Positions 1-11,781 of a stretch of DNA of 64,000 nucleotides are shown piece after piece (within the stretch, counting starts at the first letter, position 1; each line of letters starts with the position of its first letter). The position numbers were made by a program, and so were the translations under genes. The notes under the pieces are model-generated. The model saw nothing but the letters and a program-made list of their open reading frames with translations, searched no databases and had not been told where the DNA came from. Where the stretch lies: NCBI GenBank assembly GCA_009103225.1, contig RHPI01000638.1, positions 62,001-126,000 on the forward strand. The letters run 5' to 3'. The stretch comes from Chlorokybus atmophyticus (lineage: Eukaryota; Plantae; Mesostigma and Chlorokybus algae).

Positions 1-352
1 TAGTCTAGTTGTACTAGTAGTAGTAGTAGTAGCTCAGTATATTACATTGGAATTTATTTATTTATTTATTTATTATTATTTGTCACGCATTCTTGCACAG
101 CTGATGATGACAATCACGCGTGACACCTCATCATGATTGAGCGGTACCAGCAGGTACTTTTGAAGGTACACATCATTAAGGGTAGGTACCTTAAGGTACC
201 TGACAATTTCGCTTAGTTAGCGTACAGTCGCCAGTACCTAACTGATAGGTACCGGTTAATTACTTGTTAGTTAGGTCAAGTACCCTTTGCTTAACTGTTG
301 GGTACTTGATTGGTATCTAGTAATTAGGGTCAGTCCCTTTATGCAGACGGCC
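1..352 (-). repeat. Dispersed repeat copy with GGTACC-rich subunits and a (TAG)n end; inverted relative to 4430-4830
   Basis: Reverse complement aligns by eye with 4430-4830: tagggtcagtccctttatgcagacggcc vs taggttagtccttttgtgtagacggcc, gccagtacctaactgataggtaccgg vs gccaatacctaactgataagtaccgg, and tcttgcacag in both. Confidence 0.7.
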
Positions 353-907
353 GCCAATGGTGACGGCCGTTATGCTCAGGTCCCTGTATCGAGATCGCCG
401 GTAGACTGAAGGTCGACAGTCTAAATGAGTATCCTCAGGTGCACGGCCGTTGCTAATATCCAATCGGCCGGCAGGGGAATATTTTGCGACGAAACACTCT
501 AGCTACGGCTCCCGACCCCAGCGCCACCTCCTGTTGCAACCAACTGCAACCGCGTTGCACAGTTGCAGCTCCAGCTTTAGGCCCAATAAAAGAAGTGTCG
601 CGCTGGCCTCCGCATACCCATAACCTGCTAGGCTGGGTCTGGGTCTAGCCTAGCTGGGTTTAGGTCTAGTTTAAGGTCTGCGGGGCTAGGTCTGCTGCAT
701 TGCGTAAACCTGCAGTGATTGTGTGTGTAAATGAGACTGCATGCTTGGCATGAGTAAGCATGCACAAGAAACATAGTGTCTCACCCGCCTTGCGCGCGGT
801 GCCCTTCGTGTCTATATAAGACAGCTGCACATGAACCACTCCATAACGGACATCGTTATGGACGTCGGTCGAGCCTGTTCCGAGGTGAGATTATAGCACT
901 TAAGTCC

Positions 908-909
<2 letters not shown>

Positions 910-989
<80 letters not shown>

Positions 990-1118
990 NNNNNNNNNNN
1001 NNNNNNNNNNNNNNNNNNNNNNNNNNNNNNNNNNNNNNNNNNNNNNNNNNNNNNNNNNNNNNNNNNNNNNNNNNNNNNNNNNNNNNNNNNNNNNNNNNNN
1101 NNNNNNNNNNNNNNNNNN
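910..1118. repeat. (GA)n microsatellite running into an assembly gap (N 990-1118)
   Basis: Seen directly. Confidence 0.97.
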
Positions 1119-1240
1119 GGTAGAGAGAGAGGTACCTGCCAGAGAGAGGTGCACTATGTCACGCTGGCGCATGGAATTCCTGCATTGGTCTCCACTAGCA
1201 CATCTTCTGTAAGGGATAGCGCAACACAAGGCACCCAACT

Positions 1241-2087
1241 TTAGAGTTGTACATGTAATAAACAGGCAAAGTGACAGGGCGTTAACACATTATCCACAAA
1301 GCTATGTTCATTGCGCATGCTAGCAGCCGGAAGCCAGTGCTTGTGCTTGGGGAGTCTGAATGCAGCATTGGCACATAAAGCCATGATGCGCATGCTAGCA
1401 GCCGGAAGCCAGTGCTTGTGCTTGGGGAGACTGAATGCAGCATTGGCACATAAAGCCATGAAAGCAAAGAAAGCCGTGAAGTGAAGACTTTAAAAGCTGG
1501 TAAATGCTAACTTAATGCTTTTGATGCAAGCATATCACTGTTAGTATGTTCGGGTTCTGCACAGCTGGCATGCAAAGTACAAACCGCAAGACTCATACAC
1601 AGCATGCACAATGGTAGAACCTGTTGAGGTAGAACTTCAGCACGCTTTTGCCCCGCTGAGGCGCGGGCTGAATGATCTCCACTCCGTGTCTCCACTCCTC
1701 CTATAACATCCCAGCAGGCCATCAAGTGCACACCCACTGTGGCCAAGCAGCATGCTGCAAAAAATGCAAGAAGCCTTACCTTGCGAAAGTTGAAGCCTGC
1801 TGCAGCTGCAGCCTTCTGCGTCATGGAGGCTTTAGCTCCATGTGGTAAGCTCTGTTCATGGAGAACATCACAACAACTGCATTCAGCTGTATGAAAAAGC
1901 AGGATGACAAGTGCAAACTCTGTCATGGTAGTATTAAGCAACGGCAAGGCCGACTGCAAGAGAACATGTGCATGGAAAAGCTCAGTACCGGTGAGGCTGC
2001 GTATGCTAGCAGTTGGACATCCTCCACATGGTTCTTAATCGTGGCGGCCAGCAGCGGTGTGGTGTAGTCGGCTGAAGCAGCAGCGTC
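1241..2087 (-). CDS. Possible spliced gene or pseudogene fragment of unknown function
   Basis: Phase-consistent GT-AG exons 2087-1989 (DAAASADYTTPLLAATIKNHVEDVQLLAYAASP), 1851-1780 (SLPHGAKASMTQKAAAAAGFNFRK), 1700-1621 (EEWRHGVEIIQPAPQRGKSVLKFYLN), then an exon from 1430 (LPKHKHWLPAASMR...). No start codon and no family recognised. Confidence 0.3.
1312..1461. repeat. 75-bp near-perfect tandem duplication (2 copies)
   Basis: tgcgcatgctagcagccggaagccagtgcttgtgcttggggag(t/a)ctgaatgcagcattggcacataaagccatga starts at 1312 and 1387. Confidence 0.95.
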
Positions 2088-2599
2088 CTGCGTGATGCAT
2101 GCAAGGCATTGCTAGCAAGCAGTCAAAAAAGGACAGGAGCTGCTGTCAACAGCTGCAGCAATCGTAGTTGGCACCTTGCATGATGCAGCACAAACAACCA
2201 CGTTTACTCAAGCACTTGCATGCGAGAATGGATGGCTTGTCCGAGCAACTTAACGCCAGCGAATTCTCAATTGCTACTTGCTGCTACACACAAACACATA
2301 AACAATCGCCCACCCGCCCGCCTGCCCGCCTAGCTCGGCCGACAGCCTGAACCTTGCCACAACTTGCCAGCTGCACTGCAAAAAGCTAGGCAGGGAACTG
2401 AGCTGAGATGGCGATAACTATTGCCATCAAGGACAGTGCATCATTAACTCACCGTACTCGTGCTCGTGCCTATCCAATAGACGGATCTTCCGAGTCGCTC
2501 CTGCAGAATTAAAAGTCTTCGGATTTTGAACCAACGGAAGTTCTTCTGCCGGGTCTTAAGACCCACGATCAAGCGGTCTTCCAAACCATCAAGCATGGG

Positions 2600-2945
2600 T
2601 TTTGTGCCAGTCTTGGGGTATCAAGCCTTAAAAGGTCTTATGTTGATACTGGCATCAGTTGTCTATTTTGTAACACTGGCACATATAACTTGTACCATTA
2701 TGCGTCTGGTCTTGTGCCAGTCGTGGCACGGGTTTTTATCCCAGGCCATTGCTGGCATGGCATTTGTGTCATTATAAGTCCATGAATTATAGACCAGTAA
2801 TGTCATGTATTGTAATGCAATGTGTGTCTGTATGTACTGTAATGTTGTAATGTGTAATGGCACAATTTGTGCCAGTACTGGCACAAGACTTTACAAGTTG
2901 TCAACACTAGCACAAACCCTTTGTGCCAATACTGGCACGGGGCGC
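2600..2945. repeat. Cluster of TGTGCCAGT/ACTGGCACA palindromic motifs, possibly a transposon subterminal region
   Basis: ttgtgccagtactggcacaa (~2867-2886), ttgtgccaatactggcac (~2921), cttgtgccagtcgtggcac (~2711), plus half-sites near 2602, 2648 and 2673. Confidence 0.6.
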
Positions 2946-3475
2946 CGGACCTATGTGTATGTCACACATGTCACATGTTGAATAATTTCTTATGTTTCAC
3001 ATCAATAATTAATGATATAAGTAGCTTTCATTATATGTATTCGTAATATTCGTATTACTTTTCGCAATATGTATGCATATTTTACATTCATGTGATGCAT
3101 GCATTTATTTTTGCTATTTTGTAGTACATTGAGGATGTGAACATTGTTTGAGAAATCCGTATGAATCCGTATGAATCGATGTTACGATTTTCGCAATTTA
3201 ACGTGTTTTCGACAACGCTACCGCAATGTGAACATTACATGTACATACAGTTGCCGCAACTAAACAGCTTTTGCACTGAGTGTGAGCTCGTGCACAATAT
3301 GCAACAGGGTAAGCATTTTGTATAAAGCATAGCAGTTAATGACCAGCATTGTAAGAGATGAAAAAGGCTTGTTATTAAAGTTGTTGTATGTTTATTTGAT
3401 TGTATAACATGGATTCAAAGCTTTCAAAGCTTTTCAGTAGTAAATAAGTTACAAACCCTTTTCGACACATATGTA

Positions 3476-3619
3476 TCATGAAAACAGTAACGCGCCTCTT
3501 CTTATCCGATGCGGCACACCGATGGTGCCTTCCCCACCTGTTTTAATGACCACCTCCCTCGCCATTACCGCCATTAATAAAGCTGCTACCGCAATCAAAA
3601 CGATCATAAGTCCTTTCAT
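3476..3619 (-). CDS. Candidate 47-aa secreted peptide
   Basis: MKGLMIVLIAVAALLMAVMA-REVVIKTGGEGTIGVPHRIRRGALLFS*: basic N-terminus, hydrophobic core and small-residue cleavage site. It is a GC-richer island in AT-rich DNA. Confidence 0.3.
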   Translation of the reverse strand: MKGLMIVLIAVAALLMAVMAREVVIKTGGEGTIGVPHRIRRGALLFS

Positions 3620-4429
3620 ACATACGCAAATACATCGATGTGTTCTGATACCATCGTATTTTTGGTATATGTCAAATATGTACATATTGCTTTTGTTACT
3701 GTGTCTAGTAAACGTTAAACTTGTTTTTATTGTTGTTTGTTAAGTTGTAAGAAATTAATCACACCCATACAACATATAAAACAATACCATAGGCAAGCAC
3801 ATATTATTGTAATATTGTATTGTAAGAAGTTTGAGTGCATTGACTTCATTGCATCAAATGAAAAAGGCGCATTAATGCTGCTACTATGTGTTAACATGCA
3901 TCAGCAAGGTTGCCATACATGCCATCAATGTCATAAGCTCATGACCCACTTTTCGATCAATCTTATTCGGTACACCACCGATGCTACAATTTCAAGTGCA
4001 CTACCATTATTACGCCTATAGGCGTGCCTGTTATTTAACATGCAAGGCATGCTCACTCTCAGGCTAATGTGTTGATAGAACGATTGTATGAGAGTCAACT
4101 GCTTGGATGTGTGCAATGCAGTCGAAGCTTGTAACAAGAACCATGCTTGTCTCCGTGATACTGGTTACCATAATGCAGTGTTCTTCTCTTAATACAGGAA
4201 CATTGCCATAGCACATGCTGGACGGCGGTTCTTATATGGCATGAACTATGGATTATCATCACATCAACATAATGATAACGTGCATACGAGCATATATGCG
4301 TACGTCGCAAAATGTTACACTTAACGACCAACTAAGTATATAGGACAAAAGTGGGTCTGAAGATACTCATTTAAACTGTCATTGTTCAGTCGACCGGCAA
4401 TCTCGATACAAGCGACTTAGTACAACAAT

Positions 4430-4830
4430 CCCCGGCCGTCTACACAAAAGGACTAACCTAGACGGACAGGTACCTGTCAGGTACTTATCAGTCAAGCAAA
4501 AGAGACTTGGTCTAACCAACCGGTACCTGTAAGTTACCTATCAATCAAGCAAAGGTGACTTAGCCTAATTAACAGGAGTCTGACCGGTACTTATCAGTTA
4601 GGTATTGGCAACTTTGTAGTAACTGTCCCTAACTGCCAGATACCTAATGAAGGTACCTTAGGTACTATCAGTGATGATTAGATACATTGAATACCGCGCT
4701 TGTGTGACATCTACTGTGCAAGACGGCAATCATATATCATAACTTGATTACATCACGCAGTCATATACATGTGACCTACACAATATGAGCCTCACTATAA
4801 CCATACTACGGTATACTACTACACTACACT
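4430..4830 (+). repeat. Dispersed repeat copy with three 53-bp subunits and a (CTA)-rich 3' end
   Basis: Units start at 4466, 4519 and 4572 (53-bp period). Inverted homolog at 1-352; related array at 62035-62308. Confidence 0.75.
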
Positions 4831-5948
4831 CTGCCGCCGTCGCTGAGTCTTCAAGTTGTGCTGCCGCTTGCCTGCTGCCTCCGCCCTCCTGGCCTGACCG
4901 TCATGAGGAAAGAGGGGCGGTCAGCTAGGGCAGCGCAACACAACATATACACACCACAACCACCACAACAACAACAAAACTACAGCGCACATGCTGTTGG
5001 CAACCACCGCCGCCGCCGCCGCCAGGCCTCGCCTGGCCTGGTGGCCGCCCGACATCACGAAGGGTCGAAAAGTGGTCAGGCTGCGCTGCTGTGCACTAAT
5101 TAACAATTTACGCACAAGCACACAAGCACATACCTGCCGCCGCCGGCACCGCCGCATAACGCTAAATGGTGCAAGTTGACTTGCACCGTTAAGAGTTGTG
5201 TTGCGGCTTAGCGTTTGAATTCACAAGGGGGCCGTTGAGTTTAAAAAGTCAATGGCTTCCCTTATGAGTTGACAATGGCACAATCATACCATAATAATAG
5301 TACGTAAGTATCAATACAATGGTACCACTGTAATGGTACTGCTATACCATAATTATGGTACGAACGTACCATCGTATTATATACCGGTAGCTGTCCCAAC
5401 TCACCGCCACCGCTCGTCCCTAAGTTGGGACTGATAAGTCACTCACTTGCCATGTAGTATACCTCGCCGTAAGTGCTATACGACCGGCGGTCGGCCGTAT
5501 TAACCACGTGAATGTTTGGCATCATTCGTCGCCATTAGGGGATTGAGAGGTGACTTTATTGCCAAAACAAGTAGATCGCCACCGCGGGTGCGGTACGATC
5601 GGCGGTCGGCCGTCAACATAAATTACAAGTAGGTCATGACAGGCAGGCAGCAGTCCACTATATTGTACGATAGGCCATCGGCTGTTGATTATGTTCCACA
5701 ATATACACCGGCAATCCACTCAGTCCCTTTTGGCCAAAGTCGTCGGGGTCAGGTACGGTCAAGTAGGGTAAGGCAGCCGTAAATGGCGAGGTAGGTTATG
5801 GTTAACGTCATCCAGGAGCCCTCATCACCATATATTTCTGCAAGTTTTAGAGCTGCCAAACAGTGACTTTTGTAGTGGCATTGTCATGTACGTCGTGCAC
5901 AAGGCAACGGCTGCCTTAGCTGGCGGCCATATGCATTCAAGTTTTAAC

Positions 5949-6019
5949 AAATCGGAAGGGCAGCTGCAGCGCGCGCATGCGCCCTGCATGCGCGCGCTGC
6001 AGCCGCCCTTCTCCGATTT
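5949..6019. other. Long GC-rich hairpin with a ~32-bp stem
   Basis: aaatcggaagggcagctgcagcgcgcgcatgc-gccct-gcatgcgcgcgctgcagccgcccttctccgattt: 18-bp perfect inner stem, one mismatch and one 2-nt bulge. Confidence 0.9.
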
Positions 6020-6783
6020 CAAGCTATTGCAAGCAATGCAGTGGCTAAGGTTCTGAACGGAGTTAAAACACCATTTCAGACTTTTACTTGAACATCATTG
6101 TCCATTACACCAATTGCTGCAAGCAAATTGTTTTCAGCAACTAGTGTTTTTTGCAACCAACCCATTAGCCATGATGCAATTTCTATGGAAGGGCCAAAAT
6201 TATTTTGACGCTGACACGCTAACATCCACAGAGGTGTCGACTAGAGCATGTGGGCGAGTAGCACAACTCTCCAACGGCTGCAATGTCGGTGCCTTGTTCA
6301 ATGGAAAGGGAGGTGCTTTAGATGTGTATAATGCAGATTGCATGGCCGCCTATACATGAATACAAGGGTATTGGTTCTCCATACTCACTTAGCGTGACTG
6401 GGCTGGAACAGTTTAGTTGTTGCCGTCGCATGTTAGAGTGGGTTAAGGTGGCGCAGCAACCAGTGATGTCAGTATTGTTTACAAATCATTGAACATCATG
6501 ATGTTGGTCTTAGCATTGCAACGTTAATAGTGAACGCGATTTCAACAGTATGAATTTCGTCGGGGATGCGATATGTATCAATGTGGTTGCTAATAAGATC
6601 TTGGTAATTGTATATGCATGGCCAATGTAAGTTTACCTACTCGAACTCTTCAATTGTAAACACAATGCACACGTGGGTAGGTGAGCCTTATCTACCCGGT
6701 AAGTGAATAACCTTTAACTTGATCAGAGTGTTGATCACTCCAATAACTTGAAAGGTCGTCGCATGCTTGGACGCATAAAATAA

Positions 6784-6890
6784 CATATATATATATATAC
6801 ACATATACGTGTATATATATATATATACAAAGCGCGCGCGCGCGAGCGAGAGCGAGAGCGAGAGCGAGAGAGAGAGAGAGAGAGAGAGAG
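6784..6890. repeat. Compound (TA)n/(GC)n/(GA)n microsatellite
   Basis: Seen directly. Confidence 0.95.
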
Positions 6891-9800
6891 CATTAACGGC
6901 CACATGCGACATGGTTTTTAATACCATGTCGCATGCATTGGCACTTGGTGGATAATGATAAGCTGTAAATGCATGTGATACTGCCACAGGATTGCAACAA
7001 TTTACAACAGGAGGGGCACGTCTTTCAATCCAGTTTCGCTTTAAGAGACGTGCCAATTCTGTTGTAGATAGTTTGAATCTAGCACAACCTAGACTGAAAG
7101 CTAAGCATTTTGGGTGCAAGTGGTTGTAAGATAAAGTAATAACAGATACGCTAAGCCAAATACTATTTGGCTGAGCGTACCTGTTATTGTTAGTAGTGGC
7201 TAGTAGTGGCTGATTGTGCTCAATAATTAAAACAGCATTAAAATATGCATTACACATGTATGTATGTATGCAGCCCTCCGCAATGTACTTTAACAACTTA
7301 TTAACATCATGTTAAAAAATATTGAAAGGCTCCGCTAAGTGAGTTTTACAACACATACAGCAATTGCAAATTAGATCTTATATAGTACAATACCACGTTA
7401 ATCACGGCTATCGCAGTCAAAGACATTGTCCCTTAGAGAGCTACATGCCGTTAATACATGCCATTTTAAACGAATATCATCGGCTTTATTGTTAAGATTA
7501 TTGTAATTACGATCTGTCAATTTGCAGACGCTTACGTGATGCTGCGGATGCATGAATTGTATCAAATTCAACACGACTTTGAACAGTATTATCGACGTCA
7601 TCATATCATATCTTTGATATCAACTGGCTTTGAATACGACTTTCATACCTCAAAATTATTATCATAAACAGTACATGACAATTCGTATGTCACCATTGTA
7701 ACAGGTTTGCGGGCTTGAGCTTGTGAAGGCAACTACCGGTACATAGAACGTGACAAAACTGCAAACCAAGGCATGGCCCTTGGCGAGAGAGTCTGCATTG
7801 CCAAGGTCAGTCGCACATTCATGGCGGTGCAGCTTGGACGTGGCAATTCCTTGCAATGTCAGCAGTTTCATGCAAGCAAGGTCCGTTCTGCAAGGTGCAG
7901 GGTCGGTACTGAGGAAAACCGGCGGTTTTTAACCGCCGTCTAGTGGGATTCTCGGCTAAACGGTCTAACGCAACCCCCTCTGCACAAATTCCCTCCACAA
8001 GCAGCAGTGCTAACGAGTTCGGTAAACACAGTGGAAGGGCCGCCAAAGCGGTTCGATTCCACAACGTAAGCGGCAGGTCCGTTCAGCGTCGCAAAGTCCA
8101 GAAAGTGGCAATCGAAACCGGTCGCAGCCTGCCTGTCAGCCAGGTCCATCGGTCTGACATGGTGGCGCCGCGGTGAGTCGCGTCACACACGGCTGGTTGC
8201 TGGCCGGTTGCGTGCCGACGGATCACAAAAAGCGCCCCGAGGCGAGTCAGGCTGCGCACAGCCTGGGACGTCATGTCGCGGTGACGAAATCCAGCAACAA
8301 GGTTTCGTCCCACGTAAGCGTAACCGCAATGAAAGTCCCGCTTGACACGAACACAGTGGTGCTTAACAATAACCGCAACAATGTGTTCATGATGGGTTAA
8401 ATAAGCGCTTTTCTTATTTGGGCTGGCGTAAAGGCGATGGCATTGCGGCAAAAGCATAAAGCAACGCTATACCCGTCTCGCACTTCGTGGGAAGTTGTTG
8501 CGGCTTTGCTGCTACCGACTGTGTATATTCTCTCGTCATGTAAGCATAATGGGCCGTAACGCACAGAACGGCCCTCGGCGGCAGTAAAAATTGAGGCGGC
8601 GCCTGCGCTTGCAACCGCTATGTCATCGGACTTGGCAGCGTTACGTATTCCTGCCCTCCGCGTAGGGCAGCAGGCGGCTACCGGTTCTGTCAGTAACCGC
8701 TATCGGCGGCGTTGCGATTTTTGCAGCACCTTGTCTTCGTAAGATATTTAGCGGTTCGAAGCGTTCAAAGCGTTCGAAGCGTTGTGGTCGCCGTTATGGC
8801 GCTTTCCAGTCTCCTGCGATGCTCTTTTCCTGCCTTCTGCAAGCCCCATTGGAAGACGAGTCGTTACCGACATAGGTGGACGAGCCGTGCAGTCTAGCAC
8901 GGATGGCGACGCGACTGTCGGAAGCAACTGACTTGGAGCTCTGTTGCAATCAACCGTCGTTTCTCTCTTTTTGCTCTTTTCCGAGAGCTGAGCCGACGCA
9001 GTAACAGAGCGTGTCTAGCAGCGGATGCTAAAACCGGTCGCCGTTGCATATCTTTAGAGCGTCAGCGACGACTTCTTAACCGAGGCAAAACGCGTCCCCA
9101 GCGGTGGGCCCCGTGCTCATTCAGAAACTGTGGGGGGTGGCCCGCAAAGCGTAACTCCTCGGCAATCGCAACTGGGGATGCATGAGTTACGCGTTCACCG
9201 CATGGCGGGCGTTAACTTACCAGTGTTACAGTCTAACCCCGCTACGAAAACTCTCGCCCATAAGAATAACTCCGCCCACCGTCTGTCATCGTATCAAAAC
9301 CCCCTCCTGATACCCCCCACATCATCAGAATTCAACACCATAATCGAGATTACAGACAAAGCCATGCAGCCTATTTGGCTTTTATCAGAATGCAACCCTT
9401 GTACGCACGTTGGCTAGTTAGCAAAAAGATTGAGGAACGGCTATAAAATAACAACGACCATACAATGTGCAAAAGCGTTATGCAAAGTAGCCGCAGCTAA
9501 GTAATAGTGTCACATTAAAACATTATTACTTATATAGTTGTGTTCACACGAATGTATACATTTAGCCTATGTCATATATAATATGGGTTTGGTACTGTGG
9601 AAAGTCATACAGCAAATACCTACATGAACAGTACCAACGTGATTATCCTTGCACACCAACGATAACATAACAAAATACTTAGCAAATGGTTGTTATCGCT
9701 TCGTACAATGCAAGTTGCGTTATGCATACGTAGAATACAGAACCGGTAGTCATCAAGCAATTGACGAGCACCGGGCTTGCTGCATGACGATGATGTCTGA

Positions 9801-10917
9801 GATGACGCCTGTGTTGCGTTGGGTATGCTGGTATGGCGGGCATCATCCGCTGCAAGCATTGATGAAGCATGCACAGCCATGCCGGGACATCACCACGGAA
9901 GGTGTTCACAAAACGACAAAAGTCTCCCTTAGCTCCAGAGGCCCCTAGCTAACTCTAGGCACCTTGGGTTTATTGTCATCGATGTCAACATCTGCCTTTG
10001 CATGAATATCAGGTCAGCAGTCAAGGCCGTCAGCAGCCGTACTGGAATATGCACTCCGGTCATTACAATTGGGTCATTACATCACCTTTTCAAGTTATAG
10101 GGTGCATGCGTGACACGCCAGTGACGTGTTTGTTGGTTTCTCGGTTAGGCCTTTGGTTGGGGTTAATGAACCAAGCTTCCACACGGAGGGCGCACGATCT
10201 TAACCGCAAAACGCCCTTGACCGCGTTTGAAGACCATAACTTGAAGTTACAATCGCATGCGACGGTCAGATGCGCAACGCCTTAACGCCGGTAGGCGGTT
10301 TCCGAGGCGAAGCCTCAAACGCGTAATCCTGCCCTCCGCCGCAACCCCGAATTACATTCTCTAGTTACTACTTTCTCATCATCAGTGCCGCAGGTCTTCC
10401 GGCAGCGAAGTATTAGTTCGGTGTCAGAGCGCGCTCGAGTTGCTACAGACCTGCGACGGGCTGCTTGTCCGGCATTATTGCCTGCATGACCGCTTCATGT
10501 TCTTATCGTCCCACTGGTTAGCGGCCCTTGCAGCCGGCAGCATTCGGTCGTCGCCGTAGGTTGGTAACTGCCAGCAACAGCAGTATCCCCTGACATTAGC
10601 AGCTGTTAGCGACCGAGCAGTCAGAGCAGACCTCGTATGGATTTCCCCGCCTCCCTCCTCCCCTAGGCGTGTCAGTCAAGAATGCGGACGAGGGAGAGAG
10701 CTCTGTCCTGCTGCTGAAAACCTGGTTTCGAGGATTTCCCACCACGGGCGGGAAGACAGAGGGGGGGGTATAAAGAGTAGAGTGGCAAACCTGTTCAAGC
10801 TCAAGTTGGACAAGTGCCACTACCCCACCCACAGGCGGCGGCGGTGACAAGGAGAAGGAGGAGGAGGAGAAGTAGTACAAGGTCGACGACACGAGAGAGC
10901 GAGAGAGTCTGCTTGAG

Positions 10918-11781
10918 ATGCCTGCTGTGTGCGTGGGCCCTTCGCCCTGCCTGGAAGCCCCTGCAGCGCTTGCTCGCATTCAGGTAAAAGTCCTCTCCGG
11001 TGTGTGCAACTGTAGAAGGGTGTTGGGGTGTAGGATGTGAGCGGCGGCGTGGTTGTGGTTGTGGTTGAATCGTGTTTCTCTACCTTGGATGGGCGCTCAC
11101 GTGTTTTTGCCTTGCTTCCTACAGACGCGAGTTGTGCCAGCTACACCCATGACGACATCGATGATGCCGCTAGCGATAGCCAAGCCGTCCACGCCGACGG
11201 CGGAGTCGCCGCCCGGATCGGCGGCGAGCTCCTGGAGCAGCTGCAGCTCTTGCTCGTCGTCCTACTCGTACTCCGCCACCACAGACAGGGAGCTTGCCGC
11301 CCGCCTGTGGCGCCTATCCCGCCCCATGGAGGACCACGAGCTGTGGGCACTATGCAGCACAAGCAGCAGCAGCGGCGGCAGCTCCACCTCCAGCAAGCAC
11401 AACAACAACAACACCCACAACAACAACAACACCCACACACACAACAATGCAGCCAACGGCCCCAGCCTACCCGGCTCAGTACCCTCTTCCCCCCACTCCG
11501 AAGCCGCCACAACAACAACCTCCACCCTCCCGCCCTCTCCCACAGCAAGCGAGATGAAGCGTAGCTCATACACACACCAACACCAACAGCTTCACCACGC
11601 GGCGATGATCACGCGCACGGTGTCGGCGCCCGCGGCGGTGTCCGGCAAGCGGTTGGGGGGCATGTCCACAACACCCATGACATCCTTGGCAGCGTGCCAG
11701 GGCTCGGCACTCTACAAGCCAATGCGGATGCGCTCAAGAAGAGGGATCTTCAGCATCCGCCGGTGGTGGAGAGCACTCTGA
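10918..11781 (+). CDS. Orphan 240-aa Ser/Thr/Asn/His-rich low-complexity protein, join(10918..10983,11125..11781)
   Basis: ATG at 10918; donor cag|gtaaaa; acceptor ttcctacag; phase 0 joins in frame to the 11053-11781 ORF. One ordered-looking motif (TDRELAARLWRLSRPMEDHELWALC) and a basic C-terminus. Confidence 0.6.

Noticed and set aside
620-700. Interstitial telomere-like repeats (tttagg/ctagg)
   Set aside because: No tandem TTTAGGG or TTAGGG units; only scattered similar words.
6060-6500. ~100-aa open frame (…KGQNYFDADTL…NGCNVGALFNGKGG…) with a protein-like continuation in another frame
   Set aside because: No start, splice or family support; possibly a pseudogene relic but not supportable.
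7662-10400. Numerous 60-125-aa ORFs suggesting a retroelement or endogenous virus
   Set aside because: No RT, integrase, tyrosine recombinase, transposase, Rep/helicase or capsid motifs seen in any frame.
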